A DNA stretch of 64,000 nt from Eledone cirrhosa (taxonomy: Eukaryota). A model generated the notes under the pieces. It was not told where the DNA came from and made no database searches. It saw only the letters and a program-made list of their open reading frames with translations. Numbering within the stretch: position 1 is the stretch's first letter; every line of letters starts with the position of its first letter. Shown here in pieces: positions 13,986 through 29,193 of the stretch. The DNA lies in contig OZ024761.1 of NCBI GenBank assembly GCA_964016885.1, forward strand, positions 12,834,001-12,898,000, read 5' to 3'. The position numbers were made by a program, and so were the translations under genes.

Positions 13986-14807
13986 CACATACACACACAC
14001 CTACATATATGTGCAATATGTGCACATATACACAATACATATATGCACTCATTTATTTATATATATATATATATAAAAATGCTGATAAAAAATGCTGATA
14101 CCCCCCCCCCCCCCCCCCCCCCACCCCCACACCCCCACACCCACACACACATACAACACACACACAAACAGACAGGGAATGAGACAGAGGCTCCATTCTG
14201 TAGTGATAGTTAAGTACTTTGCTGTTAGGACCCTGTCCCCCCCCCATCAACCATGTGTGATAACTGTAGTAGCTACTCTCTCCACACCATTGCATAATAT
14301 ACTATACCAGCTAACCACTGTAAATGGTGTGTGTGTGTGTAAAGTCTGTCTGTAGGTGTATGTCTGACTGTGTGAAGTTAGTGTGTATATGTGTGTGTGT
14401 GTGCATGTATGTGTGTGTTTGGGAGATGGCTGTGAGTGAGTGAATGTGTGTGTCTCTGTGTGTGTGTGTGAGTGAATGTGTGTGTGTGTGTGTGTGTGTG
14501 AGTGCACATGTATGTGTGTGTGTTTGGGAGATGCCTGTATGTGTGTGTGTGTGTGAGTGAATGTGTGTGTCTGTGTGTGTGTGCATGTATGTGTGTTTGG
14601 GAGATGCCTGTATGTGTGAGTGAATGTGTATATGTGTGTGTGTGTGTGTGTGTGCGTGCATGATTGTGTGTGTTTGGGAGATGCCTGTGTGTGTTTGGGA
14701 GTGAATGTGTGTGTTTGTGTGTGTGTGTTTGGGAGATGCCTGTGTGTGTGTGAGAGTGAATGTGTGTGAATGCATGTGTGTGTGCATGTATGTGTGTTTG
14801 GGAGATG

Positions 14808-14846
<39 letters not shown>

Positions 14847-15134
14847 ACTGAAAAGATAAGTGTTAGCTACAGATAGCATTAGACAGTGATTATGTTATGT
14901 GTTATTGTTTAACCCCGAGTCTGTCCTGATACCACTCACTGTAAATATGGAACAATCTGTGTGTATCTCTGTGTGTGTATCGGACCGGTGTGGAAGAAAA
15001 GCTTCAATGGATGATAATGAGTGTTAATTTGTTCTGTTAGACTCCAAACAACAGCTTGATAATTAAAACCTTTTATTACTAAATCCCTCCAAATTCTTGA
15101 TTATTTTCAAAATAATTTGAGTATCATCAGCAAA

Positions 15135-15788
15135 GTCTTTCATTAGAAATATGGTAATGAAGGGGTTAATGACATAGACAGTGTCTTTCATTAGAAATAT
15201 GGTAATGAAAGGGTTAATGACATAGACAGTGTCTTTCATTAGAAATATGGTAATGAAAGGGTTAATGTCATAGGTAGTGTCTTTCATTAGAAATATGGTA
15301 ATGAAAGGGTTAATGACATAGACAGTGTCTTTCATTAGAAATATGGTAATGAAGGGGTTAATGACATAGACAGTGTCTTTCATTAGAAATATGGTAATGA
15401 AGGGGTTAATGACATAGGTAGTGTCTTTCATTAGAAATATGGTAATGAAGGGGTTAATGACATAGGTAGTGTCTTTCATTAGAAATATGGTAATGAAAGG
15501 GTTAATGTCATAGGTAGTGTCTTTCATTAGAAATATGGTAATGAAAGGGTTAATGACATAGACAGTGTCTTTCATTAGAAATATGGTAATGAAGGGGTTA
15601 ATGACATAGACAGTGTCTTTCATTAGAAATATGGTAATGAAGGGGTTAATGACATAGGTAGTGTCTTTCATTAGAAATATGGTAATGAAGGGGTTAATGA
15701 CATAGGTAGTGTCTTTCATTAGAAATATGGTAATGAAAGGGTTAATGTCATAGGTAGTGTCTTTCATTAGAAATATGGTAATGAAAGG
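15135..15788. repeat. 48-bp minisatellite, about 13.5 copies, with 240-bp higher-order period
   Basis: Unit GTCTTTCATTAGAAATATGGTAATGAARGGGTTAATGACATAGRYAGT; includes a GGGTTAA piggyBac-like end; 15241-15480 is identical to 15481-15720. Confidence 0.93.
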
Positions 15789-16182
15789 AGTGCGGTGCTT
15801 ATCTTTATGTAAAAAAACCAATGTCAGAATTATGTAAGAACCTTTAAGTTATGTTCCATATACCAACTTAATAATGAGAAAGTTAGTTATATTACTAAAT
15901 GTTTCATTATTTTCAATGTTTTTCATTAGAAATCCAGTAAGAAAGAGTGGAAGTGCAAGAGATTTGGCTTCTATTTCGAGCAAGCCATGCAACTATGTAG
16001 AGGTTCTTCTTTATGCAATATCCTGGAGAATATTTGAAATAAGGAATTCTTAAGAATCCCATTGGATTTGGCATATTGGCATTGACCTAGTTAAGATAAA
16101 GCTTCTGACCTAGATAATGTGATACTTTTGTGATACAGATGGAAGGATTAATATATGGTAATAATAATAATAATAATAATAA

Positions 16183-17340
16183 TGATTTCTTTATTGGCCA
16201 CAAGGGCTGACATCAAGAAAAACATTAGACGGTACAGGACGGTACGGTATGGTATGGTACGGTACAGGATGGTACGGTATGGTACGGTACGGTACAGGAC
16301 GGTACGGTACGGTATGGTACGGTACGGTACAGGACGGTACGGTATGGTATGGTACGGTACGGTATGGTACGGTACGGTACAGGACGGTACGGTATGGTAT
16401 GATGTGGGTTTTGTGCGTGTAAAGATTTTTATTATTTATATAAGAAAAGAAAAAGACATAGAAACATAAATATATATAAACAATAAAAATGAAAATTGAA
16501 TAACAATAATAATGATTTCATTTATTGGCCACAAGGGCCGACATATAGGGGACAATACAAAAGACTGGGACAGTGGGGCCGACATATAGGGGACAATACA
16601 AAAGACAGGGACAGTGGGGTTTACAGAAAAATCGAGTAAACAATATGAATAAACAAAGTAAAAATAACAAAGTAACAATAAAGTAACAATAAAATTACAA
16701 CAAGAAAAAATTCCCCAATAGGGGGGGGGGGATGACCACCTAGGGTTCGCTCAGGTACCCCATAATAATATTAACAATAATAATGATAATGATTTATAGT
16801 ATAGGCACAAGGCCAGTAATTTCGGAGAGGAGAAAGTCGATTAAATTGACCCCAGTACGTGACTGGTACTTTATTTTATTGACCCCGTAAGGATGAAAGG
16901 CAAAGTTAACCTCGGCAGGATTTGAACTCGGAATGGCAAGGGCCGTAACTCTATGCGTCAAAGCATGGCGTCCGACCCTCTACCGATACCGCCAATAATA
17001 ATAATAATAATTGTTTCCACTTTTGGCACAAGGCCAGCAATTACCCCAGTACATTACTGGTACTTTATTTTATCCACCCTGTAAGGATGAAAGGCAAAGT
17101 TAACCTCGGCGAGATTTGAACTCAGACCGTAATAATAATAATAATAATTGTTTCTACTTTAGGCACAAGGCCAGCAATTACCCCAGTGCATTACTGGTAC
17201 TTTATTTTATTGACCCTGTAAGGATGAAAGGCAAAGTCAACCTCGGCGGGATTTGAACGCAGATCGTAAAGGGACATAACTATGCTGGAAAGCATGGCGT
17301 CCGACCCTCTACCGATACTGCCAATCCACTGCCCTTATAA
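16183..17340 (-). mobile_element. Head-to-tail cluster of Tx1/L1 3' ends and tRNA-derived SINEs separated by (AAT)n
   Basis: Two Tx1-type 3' ends (one with a (GGTAC/GGTAT)n repeat) and three SINE copies, each bounded by AAT runs. Confidence 0.75.
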
Positions 17341-17351
17341 TAATAATAATA

Positions 17352-18335
17352 ATGATTTCTTTATTGGCCACAAGGGCTGACATGAAGAAAATCATTACAG
17401 ACGGTACAGGACGGTACAGGACGGTACAGGACGGTACAAAGTGGGTTTTGGCCGTGTAAAAAGGTTATAAAAGACAGAAACGTGTAAAATAAATTAAAAT
17501 TCAAACAACAAAAATTCCTCAATAAGGGGGAAGCCTCCAAGGGTCACTCGTGGCGAAACCCACACAAAAGACCACGGCCACCCTGACAATCTGGGGAAGC
17601 TCAGAGCGGGCCCGTTCACTCGGACCAGGCTCGCCACATTCACCCACCTTTCAACAAACTTACTAGAAGACAGCACTTGCCTCTCCACCTTGATTTTCCT
17701 CTTCAAGTGAAACTTGAAAAAGTTAATCAGGGATTGGCCAGAGAGGAAAGTGTCCGACTTCAACCCTTTCAATCTTGTCCACCACACAATCTCTTTCGCC
17801 ATGGCCACCAGGCAGATGAAAACTGCTTGCCCTTCCTCCTCTTTAAAGGAGGATGGTGGGGCTATCTGCACAATGGACTCAGTCGATAACCGGATCCGTC
17901 CTACACGCGACAGCAACTGTTCGACATAGCTCCACAGGTCAGCAATTCTCGGGCATTGTACGAGCGCGTGCAGGATGGTTTCGTTGTCCTGCGTGCATCT
18001 CGGACAGGCTCGGCTGACAGCACCTCCGTGCTGTAGAGCTTATCCAGAACCGGCAACGCTCCCCGGTAGCACTGCCAAGCCAGGGATTTCTGGAAATTTC
18101 TGAAATCATAGGTCTCAGGCTGAAAGTTCTCTTGAAGAGAGCAGACACCTGATTGTCTTCGACATCCAGGGTCCCCCTGAAGACGTCATCGTTCTTCCCC
18201 GCCACTAGCCCTCTATAGAATGCCAAGGTGGATGTTCCACCGATATCAGTGCCCAGCTGGAAGAGAGTGGTGAGCACTTGGAGACATTCCAGCTTCCAAG
18301 CGCTATCCCTCGGTCTTTTTCTGATCGTAATGGCT
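17352..18335 (-). mobile_element. Tx1/L1-clade LINE 3' portion (ORF2 C-terminus, frameshifted)
   Basis: NFQKSLAWQCYRGALPV...CPRCTQDNETILHALVQCPRIADLW (CCHC zinc-finger region)...AKEIVWWTR...KFVERW; AATAAA plus (ATT)n tail. Confidence 0.85.
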
Positions 18336-18616
18336 TCTGATATAGGCACAAGGCCAGCAATTTGGGGGGAGTGGAAAGTCAGTTAAATCGACCCCAGTGT
18401 GTGACTGGTACTTTATTTTATTGCTCCATGAGGATGACAGGCAAAGCTAACCTCGGCAGGATTTGAACTCGGAACGTAAAGGGATGTAACTCCATGCCGC
18501 TAAGTTTGTTGTCCAATGCTCTACTGATACTGCCAATAATAATAATATAAAATAAAAGTTATGATTGCCATGGTTATTTATGGATCGATATCATTCTGTC
18601 AGATTAGTCATATCCC

Positions 18617-19040
18617 ATGATATCACATACTGTGTGGTGATGTGTGATATCACATACTGTGTACTGATGTGTGATATCACATACTGTGTACTGATGTGTG
18701 ATATCACATACTGTGTACTGATGTGTGATATCACATACTGTGTACTGATGTGTGATATCACATACTGTGTACTGATGTGATATCACATACTGTGTACTGA
18801 TGTGATATCACATACTGTGTACTGATGTGTGATATCACATTCTGTGTACTGATGTGTGATATCACATTCTGTGTACTGATGTGTGATATCACATTCTGTG
18901 TACTGATGTATGATATCACATACTGTGTACTGATGTGTGATATCACATACTGTGTACTGATGTGTGATATCACATACTGTGTACTGATGTGTGATATCAC
19001 ATACTGTGTACTGATGTGTGATATCACATACTGTGTACAC
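18617..19040. repeat. 27-bp minisatellite, about 15 copies
   Basis: Unit TGTGATATCACATACTGTGTACTGATG with internal palindrome TGTGATATCACA. Confidence 0.95.
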
Positions 19041-19329
19041 AGACTTCTGTAGTTATAAATATATATGTTTATATATATATATCCAAAATTAAAATTAAGG
19101 GTTGTCATGTCTGAGAGATATGCGCCATATCCACCGTAGAATAAACTCAAAGATTAGATCCGAGCATTACATATCAACTAGAAATAGATTGACATATATA
19201 TATATATAATAAATACATGAAACTATCACAGGGAATAATTTGTAAAGAATGTAGGCACACATAGCTAGGTAGGTAACTAATTAAAGTTTGATTAGAACTT
19301 CAAATATAGATACCTTTTAAAATGATTAA

Positions 19330-19620
19330 TAGACAATATGCCCCCACACACCCCACTGCAAGGTGGTCGTGGAGGTGCCACAGCAAAAAAGCACCCAGCC
19401 CACACTGTAAAGTGGACGTGTAGACGCCACTAAAAAGCACCCAGCACTCACTGTAAATGAGGTTGGTGTTAGGAAGGGCATCCAGCTGTAGAAATCAAGC
19501 CAAATCAGTTCCTGTATGAGCAAGGCAAGGTCAGCCGACCAGACACTGCCCACAACAGGACAACCCGTCTAACCCATGCTAGCGTGGAAGAACGGACGTA
19601 AAACGGTGATGATGATGATG
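19330..19620 (+). mobile_element. RTE-tail SINE / non-autonomous retroelement
   Basis: AGGAAGGGCATCCAGCTGTAGAAA...AACCCATGCTAGCGTGGAAG...(GAT)n; inverted copy at about 42915-43300. Confidence 0.75.
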
Positions 19621-20513
19621 AATCTCCTTTGTATATATTTCTTTAAGTAAGAAATATATTTCACCTATTAATCCGTAAATCACAGCAGTTAAATTCTTGG
19701 ATGTTCACCAAAGGAGAAGAAAATAACCATCTGTGTTTACACAGCAAATGCAAATCTGTGAATGATTCGAACCACGTGTTGCATTTTTTTAAAAATACAC
19801 ACATTGAACAACGTCATCCCAGTGGCGTGAATAGGACCATCGACAGCCAGAAATAGCAGCCGAGTCTATTCAACTGAATTAGCTTAACAATCAAGGGGCC
19901 GTATATATATCCAACATTAAAATTAAGGGTTGTCATGTCTGAGAGACATACGCCATATCCACTGTAGAATAAACTCAAAGATTAGATCCGAGCATTACAT
20001 ATCAACTAGAAATAGATTGACATATATATATATAATAAATACATGAAACTATCACAGGGAATAATTTGTAAAGAATGTAGGCACACATAGCTAGGGAGGT
20101 AACTAATTAAAGTTTAACTAGAACTTCAAATATAGATACCTTTTAAAATGATTAATCCGATTTTATATGTGTATATATATATACACACACACAAACACAT
20201 CTCCAAACAAACACACACAAACACATCTACAAACTCACACACACACACTTCCAAACTCAAACACACACATACATCTACAAACATATACACACACACACAT
20301 CTCCAAACACACACGCAAACACATCTCGAAACTCACACACACACACACACACACATCTACAAACATACTCACACACACGCACACTAACACATCTCGAAAC
20401 TCACACACACATCTACAAACATATACACACATCTCCAAACACACACAAGCACATCTACAAACATATACACACATCTCCAAACACACACAAGCACATCTAC
20501 AAACATATACACA

Positions 20514-20545
<32 letters not shown>

Positions 20546-20889
20546 TAGCTACAAACATACATACACACACACATATAATGAATATACACAAACACATCTC
20601 CAAACATATACACACACACACACACACACACCTCCAAACACATACACACATCTACACATTTACACACATATATATAATTGTTTCTACTTTTGGCACAAGG
20701 CCAGCAATTACCCCAGTGTATTACTGGTACTTTATTTTATCGACTCCCGTAAGGATGAAAGGCAAAGTTAACCTCGACGGGATTTGAACTCAGACCATAA
20801 AGGGCCCTAACTCTTTGCTGCAAAGCATGGCGTCTGACGCTCTACCGATACTGCCAATCCACTGCCCTCAAACAAATATATAATGAAGA

Positions 20890-21797
20890 TGAAATTATTG
20901 TGTACAGTGCTCAGGTGCACTATAACTCATCAAAGGTGCATGTATAGTACATAGAATAATGTACAAATGTCAGCGAAGTGAATAGTGTATGAGTCATGAA
21001 ATACATGTGTGCGTGTGTATGGAGGGGGAATATCAGGTGTAGTGTTGGCGAATCTCGGGAAGCATGGAGGTTTTAATGGATGCAGTGTCTCGACATCTAA
21101 CAACTGATGCAGGTAGTTTGTTACATGGAGGTTTTAAAGGATGCAGTGTCTCGACGTCTAACAACTGATGCAGGTAGTTTGTTACATGGAGGTTTTAATG
21201 GATGCAGTGTCTCGACAGCTAACAACTGATGCAGGTAGTTTGTTACATGGAGGTTTTAATGGATGCAGTGTCTCGACAGCTAACAACTGATGCAGGTAGT
21301 TTGTTACATGGAGGTTTTAAAGGATGCAGTGTCTCGACAGCTAACAACTGATGCAGGTAGTTTGTTACATGGAGGTTTTAAAGGATGCAGTGTCTCGACA
21401 TCTAACAACTGATGCAGGTAGTTTGTTACATGGAGGTTTTAAAGGATGCAGTGTCTCGACAGCTAACAACTGATGCAGGTAGTTTGTTACATGGAGGTTT
21501 TAATGGATGCAGTGTCTCGACAGCTAACAACTGATGCAGGTAGTTTGTTCCATGGAGGTTTTAATGGATGCAGTGTCTCAACAGCTAACAACTGATGCAG
21601 GTAGTTTGTCCCATGGAGGTTTTAATGGATGCAGTGTCTCGACAGCTAACAACTGATGCAGGTAGTTTGTCCCATGGAGGTTTTAATGGATGCAGTGTCT
21701 CAGCAACTAACAACTGATGCAGGTAGTTTGTTCCATGCTTCAGCAACTCTGAGCATGAAAAAAATGTTTCTGAAAGTCATGGGAGCTGTGCTGTTTT
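20890..21797 (-). mobile_element. Second CR1-like 3' end with the same 61-bp array (about 11 copies, 21063-21736)
   Basis: Flanks nearly identical to 628-1835; same repeat unit and junction. Confidence 0.85.
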
Positions 21798-23427
21798 TTA
21801 TAATGAATATACACAAACACATCTTCAAAGACATAACGAAGCTTTGTAATTAATTGCAGTTAAGTTAATGTGATTATAAGATTACCCATGATACATGAAA
21901 GATCTCCATGTTTTCCTGTCTTTCTAGACATTAAGATTTACCAATGAACAGGGAAACTCTACAATTTATCACTGATCTCTCTCTCTCTATATATATATAT
22001 ATAGGTGTGTGTGTGTGTATGTATAGGTGTGTGTGTGTGTGTATAGGTGTGTGTGTGTAGATGTGAGTGTGTTTGTATGGTTGTGTTTGAGTCTGTGTAT
22101 AGATATGTGTGTTTGTGTCTGTCTGTATGTGTGTGCACGTGTGTGTGTGTGTGTGTGTGTGTGTAGGTCTGTGTGTCTGTATAGATGTGTCTGTATCTGT
22201 TTGTGTATGTGTGTGTCTAGGTGTGTGTGTGTCTGTATCTGTGTGTTTGTGTGTGTGTGTGTCAGTGTTTCTGTATAGGTGTATGTCTGTGTTTGTCTCT
22301 GTGTGTGTCATTATAGGTGTATGTATGTGTGTGTGTGTCTGTCAGTGTTTGTGTATAGGTGTATGTCTGTGTGTGTCATTATAGGTGTATGTATGTGTGT
22401 GTGTAGGTGTCTGTGTGTGTCTGTGTATAGGTGTATGTGTGTGTCTGTATAGATGGTGTGTGTGAGTGTCTGTGTATAGGTGTCTGTGTGTGTCTGTGTC
22501 TATATGTATGTGTGTGTGTGTCTATATGTATGTGTGTGTGTGTGTCTGTTTGTATCTGTGTGTCTATATGTATGTGTGTATCTGTGTGTCTGTCTGTCTG
22601 TCTATATGTATGTCTGTGTGTGTATCTGTGTGTGTATCTGTGTGTGTATCTGTGTGTGTATCTGTGTGTGTGTCTGTGTGTGTATCTGTGTGTGTGTCTT
22701 TGTGTCTGTGTGTATGTGTGTCTGTGTGTGTATCTGTGTATCTGTGTGTGTATCTGTGTGTCTGTGTGTGTGTCTGTGTATATCTGTGTATCTGTGTGGG
22801 TCTGTGTGTGTGTATCTGTGTATCTGTGTGTGTGTCTGTGTATCTGTGTGTTGCTGTGTGTCTGTCTGTGTATCTGTGTGTGTATCTGTGTGGGTCTGTG
22901 TGTCTGTGTGTGTATCTGTGTGTCTGTGTGTGTGTATATCTGTGTATGTGTGTGTATCTGTGTGTGTCTGTGTGTGTATCTGTGTGTGTGTGTGTGTATC
23001 TGTGGGTCTGTGTATCTGTGTGTGTATCTGTGTATGTGGGTCTGTGTATCTGTGTGTGTGTATCTGTGTGTGTATCTGTGTATCTGTGTATCTGTGTGGG
23101 TCTGTGTATCTGTGTGTGTCTGTGTGTGTATCTGTGTGTGTATCTGTGTGTGTATCTGTGTGTGTGTATCTGTGTGTGTGTGGGTCTGTGTATCTGTGTG
23201 TGTATCTGTGTGTGTATCTGTGTGTGTGTATCTGTGTGTGTGTATCTGTGTGTGTGTGTGTGTTTAGTGACTCACCAGTCAACTGCCATACCAACAGTAC
23301 AACAAACAGTTTAGATATAAACCTCTCAGTTGAGTTTCTGCCAATTTCCAATCTGTTGGATCAGCAGTGACCTACTTAACTTGACCCGCTAGAAATAGCA
23401 GCCAAATCTCATTGTTACTTGTCGGAT

Positions 23428-23890
23428 GAGGACTGGTCACCTCTCTGTGACTGGTCAGGACTGGTTACCTCTAAGACTGGTCAGATCAGGACTGGTGACC
23501 TCTGTGTCTGGTCAGGTCAGGACTGGTGACCTCTTTCTGGTCAGATCAGGACTGGTTACCTTTGTGACTGGTCAGGTCAGGACTGGTGACCTCTTTCTGG
23601 TCAGATCAGGACTGGTTACCCCTGTGACTGGTCAGGTCAGGACTGGTGACCTCTCTGATTGGTCAGGACTGGTTACCTCTGTGACTGGTCAGGTCAGGAC
23701 TGGTGACCTCTGTGACTGGTCAGGTCAGGACTGGTGACCTCTTTCTGGTCAGGTCAAGACTGGTGACCTCTGTGACTGGTCAGGTCAAGACTGGTGACCT
23801 CTTTCTGGTCAGATCAGGACTGGTTACCCCTGTGACTGGTCAGGTCAGGACTGGTGACCTCTGACTGGTCAGGACTGGTGACTTCAGTGA
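23428..23890. repeat. Compound minisatellite of ~30-bp units (60-bp dimer period)
   Basis: GACTGGTCAGGTCAGGACTGGTGACCTCTGT alternating with a CTTTCTGGTCAGATCAGG variant. Confidence 0.85.
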
Positions 23891-24339
23891 CTTTTTTGAC
23901 CACAGCTACCACTGCTACTACTACAAATACCACCACCACTACAAACACCACCATCATTACCACTACAACCACCACTACTACAAACAGCATCATCACCACC
24001 ACCACCACTACAAACACCACCAACACCACCGCTGCTACCACCAACACCACCACCACTACCACTACCACCACCACCACCACCACCACCATCACCACCACCT
24101 TTATTATAAATAGCAGTCAAACTGAAAATAATCTCAGGTAGACTTACACCAAACTTCCTCTAACTCACCAACCTTGAAGTTATATCTTAGATAATGTTAT
24201 AGTACTACTGTACTATGTACATCTCAGATATTATCTCAGTTAATATAATGCTATAGTACTACAGTACTACATCTCATAATAAAATACTACTGTACTATAT
24301 TTAACATATACTATTGTACTATATATAATATACAATATT

Positions 24340-27030
24340 GTATTATATATAACATAATATAGTACTATATATAACATATATAGTACTATTGTCTATATAT
24401 AATATACACTACAGTACTATATATAATATACATTACTGTACTATATAATAATATATATTACAGTACTATATATAATATACACTACAGTACTATATATAAT
24501 ATACACTTCTGTACTATATATAATATACACTACTGTACTATATATAATATACACTACAGTACTATATATAATATACACTACAGTACTATATATAATATAC
24601 ACTACTGTACTATATATAATATACACTACTGTACTATATATAATATACATTACTGTACTATATATAATATACACTACAGTACTATATATAATATACACTA
24701 CAGTATATATAATATACACTACTGTACTATATATAATATACACTACAGTACTATATATAATATACATTACTGTACTATATATAATATACACTACAGTACT
24801 ATATATAATATACACTACAGTATATATAATATACACTACTGTACTATATATAATATACACTACAGTACTATATATAATATACACTACTGTACTATATATA
24901 ATATACACTACAGTACTATATATAATATACACTACAGTACTATATATAATATACACTACTGTACTATATATAATATACACTACAGTACTATATATAATAT
25001 ACACTACTGTACTATATATAATATACATTACTGTACTATATATAATATACACTACAGTACTATATATAATATACACTACAGTACTATATATAATATACAC
25101 TACAGTACTATATATAATATACACTACAGTACTATATATAATATACACTACAGTACTATATATAATATACACTACTGTACTATATATAATATACATTACT
25201 GTACTATATATAATATACACTACTGTACTATATATAATATACACTACAGTACTATATATAATATACACTACAGTATATATAATATACACTACTGTACTAT
25301 ATATAATATACACTACTGTACTATATATAATATACACTACAGTACTATATATAATATACACTACTGTACTATATATAATATACACTACAGTATATATAAT
25401 ATACACTACTGTACTATATATAATATACACTACAGTACTATATATAATATACACTACAGTACTATATATAATATACACTACTGTACTATATATAATATAC
25501 ATTACTGTACTATATATAATATACACTACTGTACTATATATAATATACACTACAGTACTATATATAATATACACTACAGTACTATATATAATATACACTA
25601 CAGTATATATAATATACACTACTGTACTATATATAATATACACTACAGTACTATATATAATATACACTACTGTACTATATATAATATACACTACAGTACT
25701 ATATATAATATACACTACAGTACTATATATAATATACACTACTGTACTATATATAATATACACTACAGTACTATATATAATATACACTACTGTACTATAT
25801 ATAATATACATTACTGTACTATATATAATATACACTACAGTACTATATATAATATACACTACAGTACTATATATAATATACACTAGAGTACTATATATAA
25901 TATACACTACAGTACTATATATAATATACACTACAGTACTATATATAATATACACTACAGTACTATATATAATATACACTACAGTACTATATATAATATA
26001 CACTACAGTACTATATATGATATACACGACTGTATATATATAATATACACTACTGTATATATATAATATACACTACAGTACTATATATAATATACACTAC
26101 AGTACTATATATAATATACACTACAGTACTATATATAATATACACTACAGTACTATATATAATATACACTACAGTACTATATATAATATACACTACAGTA
26201 CTATATATAATATACACTACAGTACTATAATATACACTACAGTACTATATATAATATACACTACTGTATATATAATATACACTACTGTATATATAATATA
26301 CACTACAGTACTATATATAATATACACTACAGTACTATATATAATATACACTACTGTACTATATATAATATACACTACAGTACTATATATAATATACACT
26401 ACAGTACTATAATATACACTACAGTACTATAATATACACTACAGTACTATATATAATATACACTACTGTATATATAATATACACTACTGTATATATAATA
26501 TACACTACAGTACTATATATAATATACACTACAGTACTATATATAATATACACTACTGTACTATATATAATATACACTACTGTACTATATATAATATTCA
26601 CTACAGTACTATATATAATATACACTACAGTACTATATATAATATACACTACTGTACTATATATAATATACACTACAGTACTATATATAATATACACTAC
26701 AGTACTATATATAATATACACTACAGTACTATATATAATATACACTACTGTATATATAATATACACTACAGTACTATATAATATACACTACAATACTATA
26801 TAATATACACTACAGTACTATATAATATACACTACTGTACTATATATAATATACACTACAGTACTATATAATATACACTACTGTACTATATATAATATAC
26901 ACTACAGTACTATATATAATATACACTACAGTACTATATATAATATACACTACAGTACTATATATAATATACACTACAGTACTATATATAATATACATTA
27001 CTGTACTATATATAATATACACTACAGTAT
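24340..27030. repeat. 24-bp AT-rich minisatellite, about 110 copies
   Basis: Unit ATATATAATATACACTACWGTACT; degenerate left edge. Confidence 0.96.
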
Positions 27031-27031
27031 C

Positions 27032-27432
27032 TTCATCATCATCATTTTACGACCGCTTTTCCCTGCTTGCAAGGGTTGGAAGGGTCCTATTCAGCACAGC
27101 ATCTCTCTACTTGTCACGGGCCTTCGTCATCTCCACCGTGAGTTTCAGTTATCTGAGGTCTGCTCTCACCACCTCCGCCCATGTTTTATGTGGTCTACCT
27201 CTACTGTGTCTTCCTTCTACTGGGATTTCTTGACACTTCTTTAGCCAGTGGTCATCCTCCATGAGCATCACATGTCCATACCATCTCAGACTTCTCTCCT
27301 GCACACCACAACTTATACCCAGTTTCCTTCTCAACTCGTCTATGTTTGGTCGTTCACGCACATTGACACTGCACATCCAATGGAGCATGCTTGCTTCATT
27401 TCTCTCCAGCCGTCGCATATCTTCTGCAGAAG
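27032..27432 (-). mobile_element. RTE LINE 3' fragment
   Basis: MRRLERNEASMLHW...VQERSLRWYGHV...GRPHKTW; (GAT)n tail. Confidence 0.85.
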
Positions 27433-27547
27433 ATACTACAATATAGTACACTGTGTAAAGAGGTTGTGTTAGGGCAGACATCCAATAATACGCAGCTAGT
27501 ACACAGTGAATTGACAGAGTTAAGATGTCAGATAGAATGTTCTATGG

Positions 27548-28376
27548 CACAGGTTCTCAACCCATTTAGGCCAAACGCCCCCTTTTGTCCCTCAAAATCA
27601 AAACGCCCCCCCCCCCCCGCCCCTATTTTTCCATTTTTCAATATACTACTGATTTTTATATCAGTAGATTACTAAAAAATTGATTAACAATATTCCAAAG
27701 ATGTGTGTATTACCTGCTTATATGTTGTATGTGGTCCTAGATGTGTGTATTACCTGCTTATGTGTTGTATGTGGTCCTAGATGTGTGTATTACCTGCTTA
27801 TGTGTGTTGTATGTGGTCCTAGATGTGTGTGCTACTCGCTTCTGTTTTTTTCTTTTCTTTTTTTTTATTTGTAATATTATTTATACAATAGGGAATAAAA
27901 TAGATCTACATAGTGTTAACTCGTTACGGTTGAGTCAATAATGTCAGACATGAAATATATTGTTATCGGTGAAGGAAAGGTAAGATTCTAACTGGCTGCG
28001 CTCAAAGTGTCTTTGACCCAGTTGACTGTGGGTTTTTCCATTTTTAGGATCTCAATTACTGGTTAACGTCTCAATTACCGGACACGCCTGCACACCTGCT
28101 CACAGCTGCGGTCAGACTATAGTTATGCTGTCTGCAAGCTCATTCAAATGCATTCACACTGGCTATCTCAAAGACATACAAAGATGGCTTATAAAACTTA
28201 CCAAAATAAAGAGCCTTCCAGTGCCCCTCCCCCAGCTCCGACCCCCCCCCCCCAACGCGACCTTGCTCCGACCCCCCCCCCCAACGCGACCTTGCTCCGA
28301 ACCCCCCCCCCCATGGAGTTCCGAAACGCCCCCTCCCTCCGGGGGTGCACATGCCCCCCCCCATTGAGAACATTTG
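27548..28376. mobile_element. Non-autonomous hAT (Charlie-like) element inserted into a SINE
   Basis: TIRs CACAGGTTCTCAA / TTGAGAACATTTG; 8-bp TSD TTCTATGG (27540-27547) / TTCTACGG (28377-28384); flanks rejoin into a SINE like that at about 30370-30500. Confidence 0.8.
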
Positions 28377-28759
28377 TTCTACGGTATTCGTGCCCCCTCA
28401 TTGCGCTCTCTGAGTTCAAATCCTGCCAAGGTCAACTTTGCCTTTCATCCTTTCGAGGTTTATAAAAAAAGTACCAGTCTAATACTGGGGGGCGATTCTT
28501 TCCTCCTTAGAAAGAATTGACTGTGTTCAGATCTGGAGAGGGTTGGGCTCCACCAGGTTTTAAAATGCCCTAGACACACCCTATGATGGTGTGTCTATGA
28601 CTCCACAAGGAGTTATGGGATCTTCATCCTTTATCCTTTTAGTACACAGTGTGAAGGTTGATAGGATTCTTCACTTATGTCAAGAACATGTCAACTTATG
28701 TTGCACTGGTGCCATGACAAAATACACCCAGTACACTCTGTAAAATGTACGAATGTATA

Positions 28760-29193
28760 TAACCTTTAGCATTGACATTACTCTATATTCACTATTGTAT
28801 GTTTGTCGTAAAAGCTTTATCTTACATAATAACTCACATAATATCGAATCTATGAGATTTTGATATTATTTATTTTGAGAATTATACCTTATCATAAGTA
28901 TGAGCGGCCAATTACGGCTGGTTTGAATAGAGAGAGAATTCTGGCCGGATATGGCCGGTTTAAAGGATAAAGGGTTACCCTTTAACATTTATATTACTCT
29001 ATACATGCTATTATATTTTCATGGTAAAGGCTTTATCTCACATAATATTGAATCTATGAGAGTTTGATGTTATTTATTTTGAGAACAATACCTTAACATT
29101 GGTATGGCTGGCTGGTTACAGCCAGTTTGAAGAGAAAGAGGTGAGAGAATTCTGGCCAGATATGGATGGCCGGTTTAAAGGCTAAAGGGTTAA
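28760..29193. mobile_element. Two tandem piggyBac-like MITE copies
   Basis: Same family as 30085-30311; joined at ...AAAGGGTTACCCTTTA... Confidence 0.75.

Noticed and set aside
24441-26027. 528-aa ORF (YIIYSTVV)n
   Set aside because: 24-bp minisatellite artefact.
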